Shown here: positions 8,563 to 17,223 of the stretch, piece after piece
How the letters are laid out: every line of letters starts with the position of its first letter
Numbering within the stretch: the first letter of the stretch is position 1
Origin: a virus
Taxonomy: Duplodnaviria > Caudoviricetes
Virus record (IMG/VR): IMGVR_UViG_3300020044_007282
Span: 1 to 33,229 of that record
Reading direction: 5' to 3' (one strand)
DNA: 33,229 bases
The notes under the pieces: model-generated
The model's input: the letters and a program-made list of their open reading frames with translations, nothing else
Databases searched by the model: none
What the model was told of the DNA's origin: nothing
Translations under genes and position numbers: made by a program

Positions 8563-8696
8563 TTTGCAATTAAAAATATTTAGTTATATTTGCATCGCTT
8601 ATTCAGTATGAAAACATTCAAAAATCCCATCATTTACACTGCCTAAAGTTACGACCGTAACAACTGGATAAGCCTTTGTATTTGATGGGTATTTTT
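8563..8696 (+). promoter_or_regulatory. Promoter plus structured leader RNA (element B)
   Basis: TTTG-N18-TATATTTG; GCTTATTCAGT (8597-8607) is complementary to ACTGGATAAGC (8663-8673) inside hairpin 8620-8696. Confidence 0.55.
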
Positions 8697-8699
8697 ATT

Positions 8700-8888
8700 A
8701 TGAAAAACCAAAAAACAAAACAAGAAAGATTTGATTACTTTGCAGGATTAGCAATGCAAAGTTTTATTTCAAAAATGGAAGAAAGTTATAAAGATTTTGA
8801 AGAACTTGACATAGAAATTATATGTTTCGCTGCAAGAGAATTTGCTCAAGAAATGATAAAACAAATTGATGAAAATGAACAAATTTAA
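8700..8888 (+). CDS. Small phage protein (DYFAGLAMQ type)
   Basis: RFDYFAGLAMQSFI...A..MIKQ, a common phage small-ORF motif. Confidence 0.65.
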   Translation: MKNQKTKQERFDYFAGLAMQSFISKMEESYKDFEELDIEIICFAAREFAQEMIKQIDENEQI

Positions 8889-10431
8889 GAAACCCGAAAA
8901 GAACTCCATCTATAATCCTATAGATTGGTTTAACGAATTTGGAACGATGCAGCAAATATTTGAGGGCGATAAAAAATGTATTTCGTTTTCAGATACTGAA
9001 GCAACTTACCCCGTAAGTGATGCAAGTGATTTGTCTAAAAGCCCTAATTTTATTTTAAATAAAAACGGTAAGATTGACATTAAGAAGTCAAACCCATTTG
9101 ATTTAGCAACAGGGCAAAGCTTCAGTAAATTTATATTGTTGACAACGGTTAAATTTAAAGGCGATTACTTTCAAGCAATGAGTCACGTTTCTTATAATAT
9201 AATGCAAAACGAAATACCTTACATTCGCGTTGGCTCTGATTATTTTAAAGTAATTAAAAAAGATGACCGCTATTCAGGAACTAATGTAATTTTAAAGTCT
9301 TGGAAAAAAGATGAAATAAAAGAAGATCATACCAAAAATATACTTTGCAAAATTTATAAGTTTGATGACTTCACAATTATTCCTAATAATGTGACTTTTA
9401 TTCCATCTAAAAATAACTGCTATAATTTGTATGCTAAATTCCCACATACGAAATATAGTGATACTGTTTACACAGATGACATCAGTGTAACACTTGGTTT
9501 GTTAAGTCACATCTTTGGTGAGCAGTTAGAATTAGGATTAAAGTACATGAAATTACTTTATGAGTATCCTTGTCAAATATTGCCAGTGCTTTCGTTAGTT
9601 TCAACTGAAAGAGAAACTGGTAAGACTACTTTTTTGAATTATATTCAGATGCTATTTGGTGAGAATTCGACACTTATCAATCCAAGTGACCTAATGAGTA
9701 GCTTTAATGATGCCTATGCAACGAAAAACATTATAATGATTGATGAAACCGTAATTGAAAAGCAACACGTTGTCGAAAAACTTAAATCCTTAGCAACTGC
9801 AAAAACTATTTCAGTATCGCAAAAGTTTGTTCAACATTATAGTGTGCCATTTTTTGGTAAAATTATTGTTTGCACAAATAAGGAAACCGATTTTATGCGA
9901 ATAGATGACGAAGAGATACGCTTTTGGATTAGGAAAATTAATCCGATCGTTGGCAAAAAAAACACGAATATTGAAAATGATTTGTTTAACGAGATTCCTA
10001 AATTCCTTAAATATTTAGAACAATTGCCTGAAATAGATTTTTCAAATTCGCGTATGGTATTCACGCAGGAGGAAATACAAACAGAATCGCTGGAGCTTAT
10101 CAAAAAAGAAAGTAAAAACGGATTAAGAAAAGAACTTGAAATATACATTGAAGACTTTTTTAACAATAATGATGTAAATCAGTTTGAAGCAACTGCTAAA
10201 GATATTAAAGAAAAGTGGTTTGAACATGATAGGGAAAAGATGTCTTACATTCTTAAAGTGCTTAAAAACGAAATGAAAATGACACCACAATCAAATAAGT
10301 ATTATTTTCCATTTAATAGCAGTAATTACCTTGAAAAAAAGAAAGGCACTCCATTCCTATTTGTGAGGGAAAATACTCAAACCGTTCAAAATGAATCTTA
10401 TAGCGATTATGAAAACAGACAACCATTTTAA
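8875..10431 (+). CDS. Primase-associated SF3-type helicase (DUF5906-like P-loop NTPase)
   Basis: Walker A ETGKTT, Walker B IMIDE, motif C CTN and an RFW arginine-finger region. Confidence 0.8.
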   Translation: MNKFKKPEKNSIYNPIDWFNEFGTMQQIFEGDKKCISFSDTEATYPVSDASDLSKSPNFILNKNGKIDIKKSNPFDLATGQSFSKFILLTTVKFKGDYFQAMSHVSYNIMQNEIPYIRVGSDYFKVIKKDDRYSGTNVILKSWKKDEIKEDHTKNILCKIYKFDDFTIIPNNVTFIPSKNNCYNLYAKFPHTKYSDTVYTDDISVTLGLLSHIFGEQLELGLKYMKLLYEYPCQILPVLSLVSTERETGKTTFLNYIQMLFGENSTLINPSDLMSSFNDAYATKNIIMIDETVIEKQHVVEKLKSLATAKTISVSQKFVQHYSVPFFGKIIVCTNKETDFMRIDDEEIRFWIRKINPIVGKKNTNIENDLFNEIPKFLKYLEQLPEIDFSNSRMVFTQEEIQTESLELIKKESKNGLRKELEIYIEDFFNNNDVNQFEATAKDIKEKWFEHDREKMSYILKVLKNEMKMTPQSNKYYFPFNSSNYLEKKKGTPFLFVRENTQTVQNESYSDYENRQPF

Positions 10432-10439
10432 CAGTAAAG

Positions 10440-10690
10440 TATTTTCTAAAAGTCTTTTCTATATTAAACAATTGATTACTAATTATTTAGAAAAAAGTAG
10501 AAATAGAAAAGGCATTTGGCAAACTACTATAAAAAATTTTATCAATAATAATAATAGGAATAGTTTTAGCCATTTACCTCTCTCTTTTTTCTATTTTTAT
10601 ATAAAATATAGTAGTAGTAATGGTTATAGCTTAGAAAAGACTTAGAAAAGTTATTAGAAAAGACTTAGAAAAAAATTGAGTTTTCTATAA
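10440..10690. repeat. AT-rich intergenic region with direct and inverted TAGAAAA(GAC) repeats; candidate replication origin
   Basis: TAGAAAA at about 10488, 10504, 10632, 10643, 10655 and 10666; TTTTCTA at 10442, 10455, 10587 and 10681; directly after the helicase. Confidence 0.5.
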
Positions 10691-10708
10691 ATTATAAATT
10701 AAATCAAT

Positions 10709-11239
10709 ATGAAAATTTACACAATCCCCGAATTCGAACTTTATTACCACAACGAATACAAACGGTCAAACATGAATCAAGCATTTTGGCAAACATTACC
10801 GATTGAGCGATTCAACCTCAACAAAAAGAAAGTTGTTAAGAAGCGAAAAGCGGAGCTCACGACAAACCATTTGGATTTGCCAGTGAACAACATCCTGCAG
10901 CATAAAGAAACCAAAGATGCTTTTAACACTAATAAGTTTACCGACCTTATTATTGCTTACCTTAAAGCAGTACACAGTTGCAATAGTGCAAGGCGCATAA
11001 GTAGTGAGGGCCGATATCGAAAGGGGATAGGTTACATTGCAGGATTAAACAAAGGTATGGAGGACATTCAATGTATTCTTAAAGGGAAACTTTTTGCAAT
11101 CGAAGTCAAAAGTCCAAGTGACCGAATAGGCGAAGCGCAACTAAAGCGCAAGGCAGCACTTGAAGCCGATGGCGGGCATTACATTATTGCTACATCGTTT
11201 GAGCAGATGCAAACGGATTTATTGAGCATATTAAAATAA
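10709..11239 (+). CDS. VRR-NUC-domain nuclease (Holliday junction resolvase-like)
   Basis: GMEDIQCILKGKLFAIEVKS...Q...GG.Y. Confidence 0.8.
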   Translation: MKIYTIPEFELYYHNEYKRSNMNQAFWQTLPIERFNLNKKKVVKKRKAELTTNHLDLPVNNILQHKETKDAFNTNKFTDLIIAYLKAVHSCNSARRISSEGRYRKGIGYIAGLNKGMEDIQCILKGKLFAIEVKSPSDRIGEAQLKRKAALEADGGHYIIATSFEQMQTDLLSILK

Positions 11240-11251
11240 TACTTATCTTTG
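11222..11251 (+). promoter_or_regulatory. Promoter for the packaging operon
   Basis: TTG-N19-TATCTTTG. Confidence 0.55.
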
Positions 11252-11295
11252 TGCAATGAAAGTTTTATGGCATAGTGCGTTAAATTGCGATAAAT

Positions 11296-11562
11296 ATGGC
11301 AATAGGTAAAAAATCGGGTGGAGGTAGTCGAAAGGGCAGCCCCAACAAACTGACAAAATCAGTTAAAGAAGCGTTTGAAATTGCGTTTAGTGAATTACAG
11401 GAAGACAAGGAAGCTAAACTTACTAACTGGGCCAAAGAAAATCCAACCGAGTTTTACAAGTTGGCTGCTAAACTTATTCCAACATCTGTTAATGCTGATT
11501 TGACAAGCAAAGGTGAAGCAGTTAAAATGTGGCAAGTAGAATTTGTAGATGCTAAAAAGTAA
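11296..11562 (+). CDS. terS: Terminase small subunit
   Basis: GKKSGGGSRKGSPNKLT N-terminus, FYKLAAKLIP, and a position immediately before TerL. Confidence 0.7.
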   Translation: MAIGKKSGGGSRKGSPNKLTKSVKEAFEIAFSELQEDKEAKLTNWAKENPTEFYKLAAKLIPTSVNADLTSKGEAVKMWQVEFVDAKK

Positions 11563-13905
11563 AGTAAAAATTAACGAAGCATACCGCCCCGCACTTTTAA
11601 GCCAACATAGATACTTGGTATTGAAAGGCGGGGCGGGCTGATTGGATCTGGCAAATCCATAGCAGCAGTTCAAAAGATAATCCTGCGCATCACAACCGAG
11701 CAAGGTCATCGCATACTTTGCATTAGAAAGGTAGCAACCACCATTCGTAATAGTGTGTATCAGTTATTTGTCGATAAGCTATTAGAGTACGATATATTTA
11801 GCGAATTCACTATAAACAAAAGTGAGATGCGATTTACTCACAATCCAACAGGCAACGAAATATTATGTGCCGGTATGGATGACCCCGAAAAAATTAAATC
11901 AATTGCCGGTATCACATCTGTTTGGTGCGAGGAAGCAACAGAGCTTGATGAATTAGATTTCAATCAGTTGGAGTTAAGGGTGCGAGGCGAAACAAACAAC
12001 TACAAACAGTTTATTATCACATTCAACCCCATTTCGGAGCAACACTGGATAAAGCGCAGATTCTTTGATGAACCTGATGCTGAAACCATGTTGATGAACA
12101 CGACCTATAAAGACAATTCATTCCTCGATGCCGATTATATTCATCACTTAACCGAACGTGTTAAAGCTAACCCAAACCTGCACAAAGTTTATGTGCTTGG
12201 CGAATGGGGGAAAGTTGATTTTGGGGGTGAGTTTCTTAAAAGCTGGTCCACAATCAAACACACTGGCATTGTAACTTATGACCCATCCCTCGCCATTTGG
12301 CTTTCGTTTGATGAAAACGTAAACCCATATTTTCCTTGTGGCATCTTTCAAATTAGTGATGACAACGAGATAAGATTGATTGATTGCATTGCGTTAAAGA
12401 ACCCCGACAACACAACCAAAGCAATGGGCAGGGCAATAATGCAACGGTTAAGACATTGGAAGCATAACGGCCATGTTTATGTTTGTGGCGATAGCACCAG
12501 CCAAAAGGATGACGTTAAACAAGAAAAGGGCTTTGACTTATTTCGCTTACTAATCAATGAATTAGATGAAGTTAAACCGATTCGCAGAGTGGCTAAATCA
12601 AATCCAAATGTGCGCCCAAGTGCTGACTTCTTTAATGCTATTTTAGGCTACAATGAGCAAGGCATTAGTTTTATAGCTGATGAAAGTTGCAGAGTTGCAA
12701 TATTAGATTTTGAGAATACAAAGGAGGATAAAAACGGCAAGGTAGATAAGCGCACAGTAACCGATCCTGTGACAAAAGTAAGTTACCAGCCATTTGGCCA
12801 TTTTTGTGTTATTGGTTCTACAATGATAAAAACTATTAACGGTGAAAAGCGAATAGATACCATTACAACTGAAGATAAGGTGCTAACAAGATGTGGATAC
12901 AAAAAAGTTTTAGCAGTTCACAACAATGGGTTAAAATTAGTAAATAAATATAAGTTAAATAATATTGAAATCACTTGCACACCAGACCATAAAATATTTA
13001 CTTACAACTTTGGATATATTGAGATACAAAAATTAGTAACATATTGGATACAACAAGATATATTTATTTGTATATTTGATGAAAATAAAAAAATATGCAA
13101 ACAGAAATTATTGAGTATAATGGTGAACGATTTACACGTTACCCGCAATCAACAAACAGAACAGAACGCGTTTACTTTAGTGGATGGGTTAAAATCAATG
13201 GTAAACAATCAAAAAAAAGGCTTCATTGGTATAAGTATTTTATTGAAGTTGGCGAAATACCTAAAGGATTTCATATCCATCATATTGATGAAAACCCGCT
13301 TAATAATTCAATCGAAAATCTACAACCTATTTGCGGTAAAAAACATATTGGTGAACATGCCAAAAAAACACTGGAAACAAATCCAATACACAAAGCTAAA
13401 TTTCATGCAGCAGGTATTGAGGCCGCAAAAGTTTGGCATAAATCAGATGCAGGCAGAGAGTGGCATAGTCAACTTGCATCAAGAAGAATGTCAGAACGCG
13501 AATACATTACAAAACAATGTTTGGTTTGCGAAAAGGAATATAAAACAAGGGCATTACAATCAGAAACAAAATTTTGTTCCAATAATTGCAAATCAGAATA
13601 CAGACGTAGAAGCGGAGTTGATAACATTAAAGCACAATGTATTGTTTGCGGATGCGAGTTTGTTAAAAGTAAATATAATGCAAAAAAATGTTGTTCAAGA
13701 AAATGCTCAACAAGTTTACGACTTAACAGTTGACAGTTGTCATGAATACTTTGCTAATGGTGTTTTACTTCATAATTGCGACATAACAAGGTACTTAATT
13801 ACATCGGTATTCGCCTCACAATATGCCCGCTTTCAAACAGGAATTATCAAACCGCTCGTTGTTGTGGGTAGAGATGCTGAATATAAATCAGCAAGTAGAT
13901 TTTAG
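11549..13905 (+). CDS. terL: Terminase large subunit (PBSX-like), with a recoding site at 11636-11646 and an intein at 12805-13776
   Basis: The 11549 frame gives RYLVLKGGAG then a stop; the second frame continues GSGKS...GMDDPEKIKS...WCEEATE...TFNP...LGEWG...SFD...GHF[intein]CDITRY. The predicted mature protein is about 458 aa. Confidence 0.9.
11584..11646 (+). promoter_or_regulatory. Candidate translational recoding signal (hairpin followed by GGC-TGA-TT-GGA)
   Basis: CCGCCCCGC (11584-92) pairs with GCGGGGCGG (11628-36); the stem extends to about 21 bp with two bulges and ends at the Gly codon before TGA. Confidence 0.6.
13071..13094 (+). promoter_or_regulatory. Putative internal promoter -7 element and A-rich leader for the nested HNH gene
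   Basis: TATATTTG (13071-78), then GAAAATAAAAAAAT-ATG; the -33 TTG spacing (24 nt) is suboptimal. Confidence 0.45.
13095..13733 (+). CDS. HNH homing endonuclease with C-terminal Cys4 zinc fingers, nested out of frame inside the intein
   Basis: RLH...GEIPKGFHIHHIDENPLNNSIENL...H; two CxxC...CSxxC repeats. Confidence 0.88.
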   Translation: MQTEIIEYNGERFTRYPQSTNRTERVYFSGWVKINGKQSKKRLHWYKYFIEVGEIPKGFHIHHIDENPLNNSIENLQPICGKKHIGEHAKKTLETNPIHKAKFHAAGIEAAKVWHKSDAGREWHSQLASRRMSEREYITKQCLVCEKEYKTRALQSETKFCSNNCKSEYRRRSGVDNIKAQCIVCGCEFVKSKYNAKKCCSRKCSTSLRLNS

Positions 13906-13950
13906 TTACATTTTTACATTATATCGAATAATTTATTATTATTTTGCACT

Positions 13951-14625
13951 ATGGCACGATTCTTAAAAACCTCCGACTATCTTTCAATAATTCAAACGGT
14001 TGACCTCAATCAGATAACCGAGAACACCCCGCAAAACTTGTACGATAGCGAGGTTAAGGCCATAAGCAGAATGCGCACTAAATTGGTGCAGCGTTACATG
14101 GTTGACATCGAATTAGGCACAATGGATGCCTATTCAGCAACAACACATTACCGCACACGTGACAGAGTGATATTAGGCGAAGTAATCACACACGTTAATG
14201 ACTTTAGCAGATGGGATAATAAAACCGAATACATTATAGGCAACATTGTAACAGATGACAATGGTTATGTTTACACAGCTATTGCAGCAAGCACAAACCA
14301 ACCTTTGACATTAACTGCATACTGGTCTAAAATGATAAACATTGCAACAAGCAACGCAACCTATTGGACTGTTGGCGATAATCGTTACCCAATGTTTGTG
14401 GAGCTTGCAATGGACATGACATTGTATAACCTGCATGCACGTATAAACCCGCGTAACATACCCGATTTGAGAATAGAACGCAATAGAGAAGCACTTGACC
14501 AATTAGATGCGTGGGCAAGTGGCACAGATACCGCTGAGGTGTTAAACATCAATTCAACCGATAGCACTGGTTATTCTATACGCTACGGAAATAGTTTAGA
14601 CAAACAAGATAATTTCTTTAAATAA
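13951..14625 (+). CDS. Head-tail adaptor, Mu gp36/DUF1320-like, with an inserted aromatic repeat domain
   Basis: R.PM...MDMTLYNLHARINPRNIPDLRIER..EA...L C-terminal pattern; lies before the portal. Confidence 0.7.
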   Translation: MARFLKTSDYLSIIQTVDLNQITENTPQNLYDSEVKAISRMRTKLVQRYMVDIELGTMDAYSATTHYRTRDRVILGEVITHVNDFSRWDNKTEYIIGNIVTDDNGYVYTAIAASTNQPLTLTAYWSKMINIATSNATYWTVGDNRYPMFVELAMDMTLYNLHARINPRNIPDLRIERNREALDQLDAWASGTDTAEVLNINSTDSTGYSIRYGNSLDKQDNFFK

Positions 14626-15911
14626 TGGCTTGGTATAACGATATATTTAACTTTAATAAACCACAACCGCAGAAAGCCAACATACGTAAGACTATTGACT
14701 TTGAGCAACAGTTACAACGTGTAAGGCAGGATGCGACAAAGTTTAACATTGCGTTACAGGCGGCTGAATCACCGATGTACCCAAACCGCTTTTTATTGAT
14801 GCAAACCTATCAGCAAATAGTGTTAGATGGGCAAGTGCAATCGGCTATGTTGCAACGCAAATCAAAGATATTGAGCAAAAAGTTTATGGTTTATGGCCCG
14901 GATGGAGAATGTGATGAAGCCAAAACTGCATTGTTTAATCAAAAGTGGTTTTATGATTTTCAAAGTTTATCTTTAGATTCAATCTTTTGGGGTTTTAGTT
15001 GTGTGCAATTTGGCGCAATAATTAACGATAAGTATTCAAGTGTTGAACTTATACCGCGTATTTATGTAGTGCCTGAATTTAGTTTAGTTCGCACCAACAC
15101 AGCAACCGTAACAGAGGGCAAAAGATTTGATGTGTCACCATATAACAACTGGTGTATAGGTGTTGGCGAAAAGAAAGATTTAGGATTAATGATGTATTTA
15201 GCACCATACGTTATTTGGAAGAAAAACGCAATGGCAGCGTGGGCGGAATTTGCTGAAGTGTTTGGCAGTCCGATACGTGTTGGTAAAACAGATGTGCGCG
15301 ATGAATTGACACGCAAAAACATGGAGAATATGCTGCGCAATATGGGTGTGGCTTCGTGGGCGGTTTTAGATTTAAACGACAATATTGAATTGATGCAAGC
15401 GAGCCGCACCGATGCCTATGCAGTGTTTGATAAGATGGTAGAGCGTTGCAATTCAGAAATCAGCAAAATAATTTTAGGGCAAACAGGCACAACTGATGAA
15501 AAGTCTTATAGTGGTTCGGCTAATGTACATGAGGGTGTTGCTGCAATGATAGCAAAGCAAGACACGTTGAAAATGCAGTTTATCATTGAAGACCAGTTAG
15601 TGCCTATGATGATTAGAAATGGATTTGATTTAACAGGTTGCACATTTAAGTATGATGATAGCGAGAATCTTCCATTGATGGAGCAAGCAAAGATAGATGC
15701 TTCATTTATGCCATACGTTAAGTTTGAACACGAATATTTAGAGCATAAATACGGCATTGAATTAATGGATGAAATGGGTGTAGAGGAAGAAGAAGAAGAA
15801 CCAACCGAAAACGAACCCAATATAGAAAACGAAAACGAAAGCGAAATAGAAAACGAAAACGAAAGCCAACTTGAAAACATTGCAAAACGATTAAGAAACA
15901 TTTATAGCTAA
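14625..15911 (+). CDS. Portal protein (Mu gp29/DUF935-like)
   Basis: WAEFAEVFGSPIRVGK; CNSEISKIILGQTGT...GS...VHEGV. Confidence 0.88.
   Translation: MAWYNDIFNFNKPQPQKANIRKTIDFEQQLQRVRQDATKFNIALQAAESPMYPNRFLLMQTYQQIVLDGQVQSAMLQRKSKILSKKFMVYGPDGECDEAKTALFNQKWFYDFQSLSLDSIFWGFSCVQFGAIINDKYSSVELIPRIYVVPEFSLVRTNTATVTEGKRFDVSPYNNWCIGVGEKKDLGLMMYLAPYVIWKKNAMAAWAEFAEVFGSPIRVGKTDVRDELTRKNMENMLRNMGVASWAVLDLNDNIELMQASRTDAYAVFDKMVERCNSEISKIILGQTGTTDEKSYSGSANVHEGVAAMIAKQDTLKMQFIIEDQLVPMMIRNGFDLTGCTFKYDDSENLPLMEQAKIDASFMPYVKFEHEYLEHKYGIELMDEMGVEEEEEEPTENEPNIENENESEIENENESQLENIAKRLRNIYS
15783..15880 (+). repeat. Acidic low-complexity tandem repeat in the portal C-terminus
   Basis: GAAAAC units; ATAGAAAACGAAAACGAAAGC occurs twice at a 24-nt period. 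Confidence 0.7.
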
Positions 15912-16786
15912 TGTGCGGCTACTGCGACATATTAAATATTGACAAGGAGGTTGACCCACCTACACCGTTTGATGAAAACGATTTTAATCGTATGTCGAAT
16001 GATGTTTGGATTGGTGCGATTAATAACCAAGTGTTGCCAGAGGGAATTTATTTAAAGACTGCGAAATATTTAAGAGATGGCATTGATTTGGCACCAGTGG
16101 TTGATGAAATATTAGTTGCTGATTTAACGAATAACATTTACATATTTTCGGGTGCTAAAACATACCAACAAACAAGGGCAATGACTGCAATGTTAGCAGA
16201 CCCCGAATTGCAATCAAACTTCTATAAGTTTAAAGAGGCAGTTAAACCGATGTTTACGCTATACAACGAAGACTATTTGCAAGCCGAATACCAAACTGCG
16301 AAAGCATCAGCACGTATGGCATCCGATTGGAAGCGTATTGAAGCAGATGCCGATGTATTGCCGTTGTTACAATACCAAACCGTTGGCGATGGCAGAGTAA
16401 GGCCAACACACCAAGCATTAGATAACATCATTCGCCCAATAAGCGACCCGTTCTGGAAACAATACTACCCCCCGAATGGGTGGCGTTGTCGTTGTACCGT
16501 AATACAACTATCAGAGGGGCAAGAAACTGATTTGAGCAAGTTTACACCGCCCGATGATGTGCCGCCATTGTTTCGTATGAACGCTGGCATTGATGGCTAT
16601 GTGTTTAAGGAAAAGGGCAAAGATAAGCATCCTTACTTTGACATTGCAAAAGGTGACAAAGAAATGGCAAAAAAGAATTGGAATTTACCGATACCGCAAG
16701 CACCAAGACCTGCGCCTGCGATGCCGACACCCAATGCACCGACATTACCGCCACAACCAACACTTCCACCAGCACCAACAATATGA
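15911..16786 (+). CDS. Minor head morphogenesis protein (Mu gpF/SPP1 gp7 family)
   Basis: YQTVGDGRVRPTH...DPFW..YYPPNGWRCRC. Confidence 0.9.
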   Translation: MCGYCDILNIDKEVDPPTPFDENDFNRMSNDVWIGAINNQVLPEGIYLKTAKYLRDGIDLAPVVDEILVADLTNNIYIFSGAKTYQQTRAMTAMLADPELQSNFYKFKEAVKPMFTLYNEDYLQAEYQTAKASARMASDWKRIEADADVLPLLQYQTVGDGRVRPTHQALDNIIRPISDPFWKQYYPPNGWRCRCTVIQLSEGQETDLSKFTPPDDVPPLFRMNAGIDGYVFKEKGKDKHPYFDIAKGDKEMAKKNWNLPIPQAPRPAPAMPTPNAPTLPPQPTLPPAPTI

Positions 16787-17223
16787 GCAAGAGCAATAAA
16801 TTCGATTTAAAACAGGCAGAAAAGAAAGCGCGTAAAGCGATGGAAGCGGCTATTGTAGATGTTGGTAACACTGCAAAGGTGTTCTTTGTTGATTCGTTTA
16901 GGAAGCAAGGGTGGGATGACCAAAGTGTTCAGAAGTGGAAACCGAGAAAGCGCACAACGTATAAAACTAAAGGCGGTAAAACAGTTGATGACACAACAAG
17001 GGCTATATTAGTAAAAACTGGAGATTTAAGGAGGTCAATAATTCGTAATCCTGCAAACAGAGCAGCGTTAACTATTAAGATTTCAACTGATTTGGTTTAT
17101 GCTGCGCGACATAACAATGGTTTAAAAAATATGCCCAAGCGTCAATTTATGGGCGATTCTTACAACTTGAATGAGAAAGTAAAAGCAGTTATTGTTAAAC
17201 GATTAGATAACATTTTTAAGTAA
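16783..17223 (+). CDS. Virion morphogenesis/tail completion protein (Mu gpG-like)
   Basis: LVKTGDLRRSI...YAARHNNG...MPKRQFMG; ATGA coupling at 16783. Confidence 0.8.
   Translation: MSKSNKFDLKQAEKKARKAMEAAIVDVGNTAKVFFVDSFRKQGWDDQSVQKWKPRKRTTYKTKGGKTVDDTTRAILVKTGDLRRSIIRNPANRAALTIKISTDLVYAARHNNGLKNMPKRQFMGDSYNLNEKVKAVIVKRLDNIFK

Larger units (their letters stand above)
12805..13776 (+). mobile_element. Intein (324 aa) in the TerL nuclease domain
   Basis: Block A CVIGSTMIKT, block B CTPDHKIF, block F VYDLTVDSCHEYFANG, block G LLHN followed by Cys+1; removal restores GHFCDITRY. Confidence 0.93.

Noticed and set aside
10391-10645. 84-aa ORF after the helicase
   Set aside because: Low-complexity translation of the repeat-rich AT region; probably non-coding.
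10620-10680. CRISPR array
   Set aside because: The repeats are 7-12 nt with no unique spacers, and there are no cas genes.
11639-11641. Genome-wide TGA reassignment or simple read-through as an explanation for the TerL stop
   Set aside because: Read-through stays in the wrong frame and hits TAG six codons later, and TGA is used as a normal stop in many ATGA overlaps.
12805-13776. Group I intron carrying the HNH gene
   Set aside because: The host frame is uninterrupted with complete intein blocks at both ends, and no intron core is evident.
11755-13905. ORF-track 716-aa protein starting at GTG 11755 as the whole TerL
   Set aside because: It lacks Walker A. The frame is open upstream through GSGKS, and the true N-terminus lies in the 11549 frame.
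16678-16782. Upstream extension of the gpG-like gene
   Set aside because: It is an alternative-frame reading of the gpF Pro-rich tail; ATGA coupling indicates a start at 16783.
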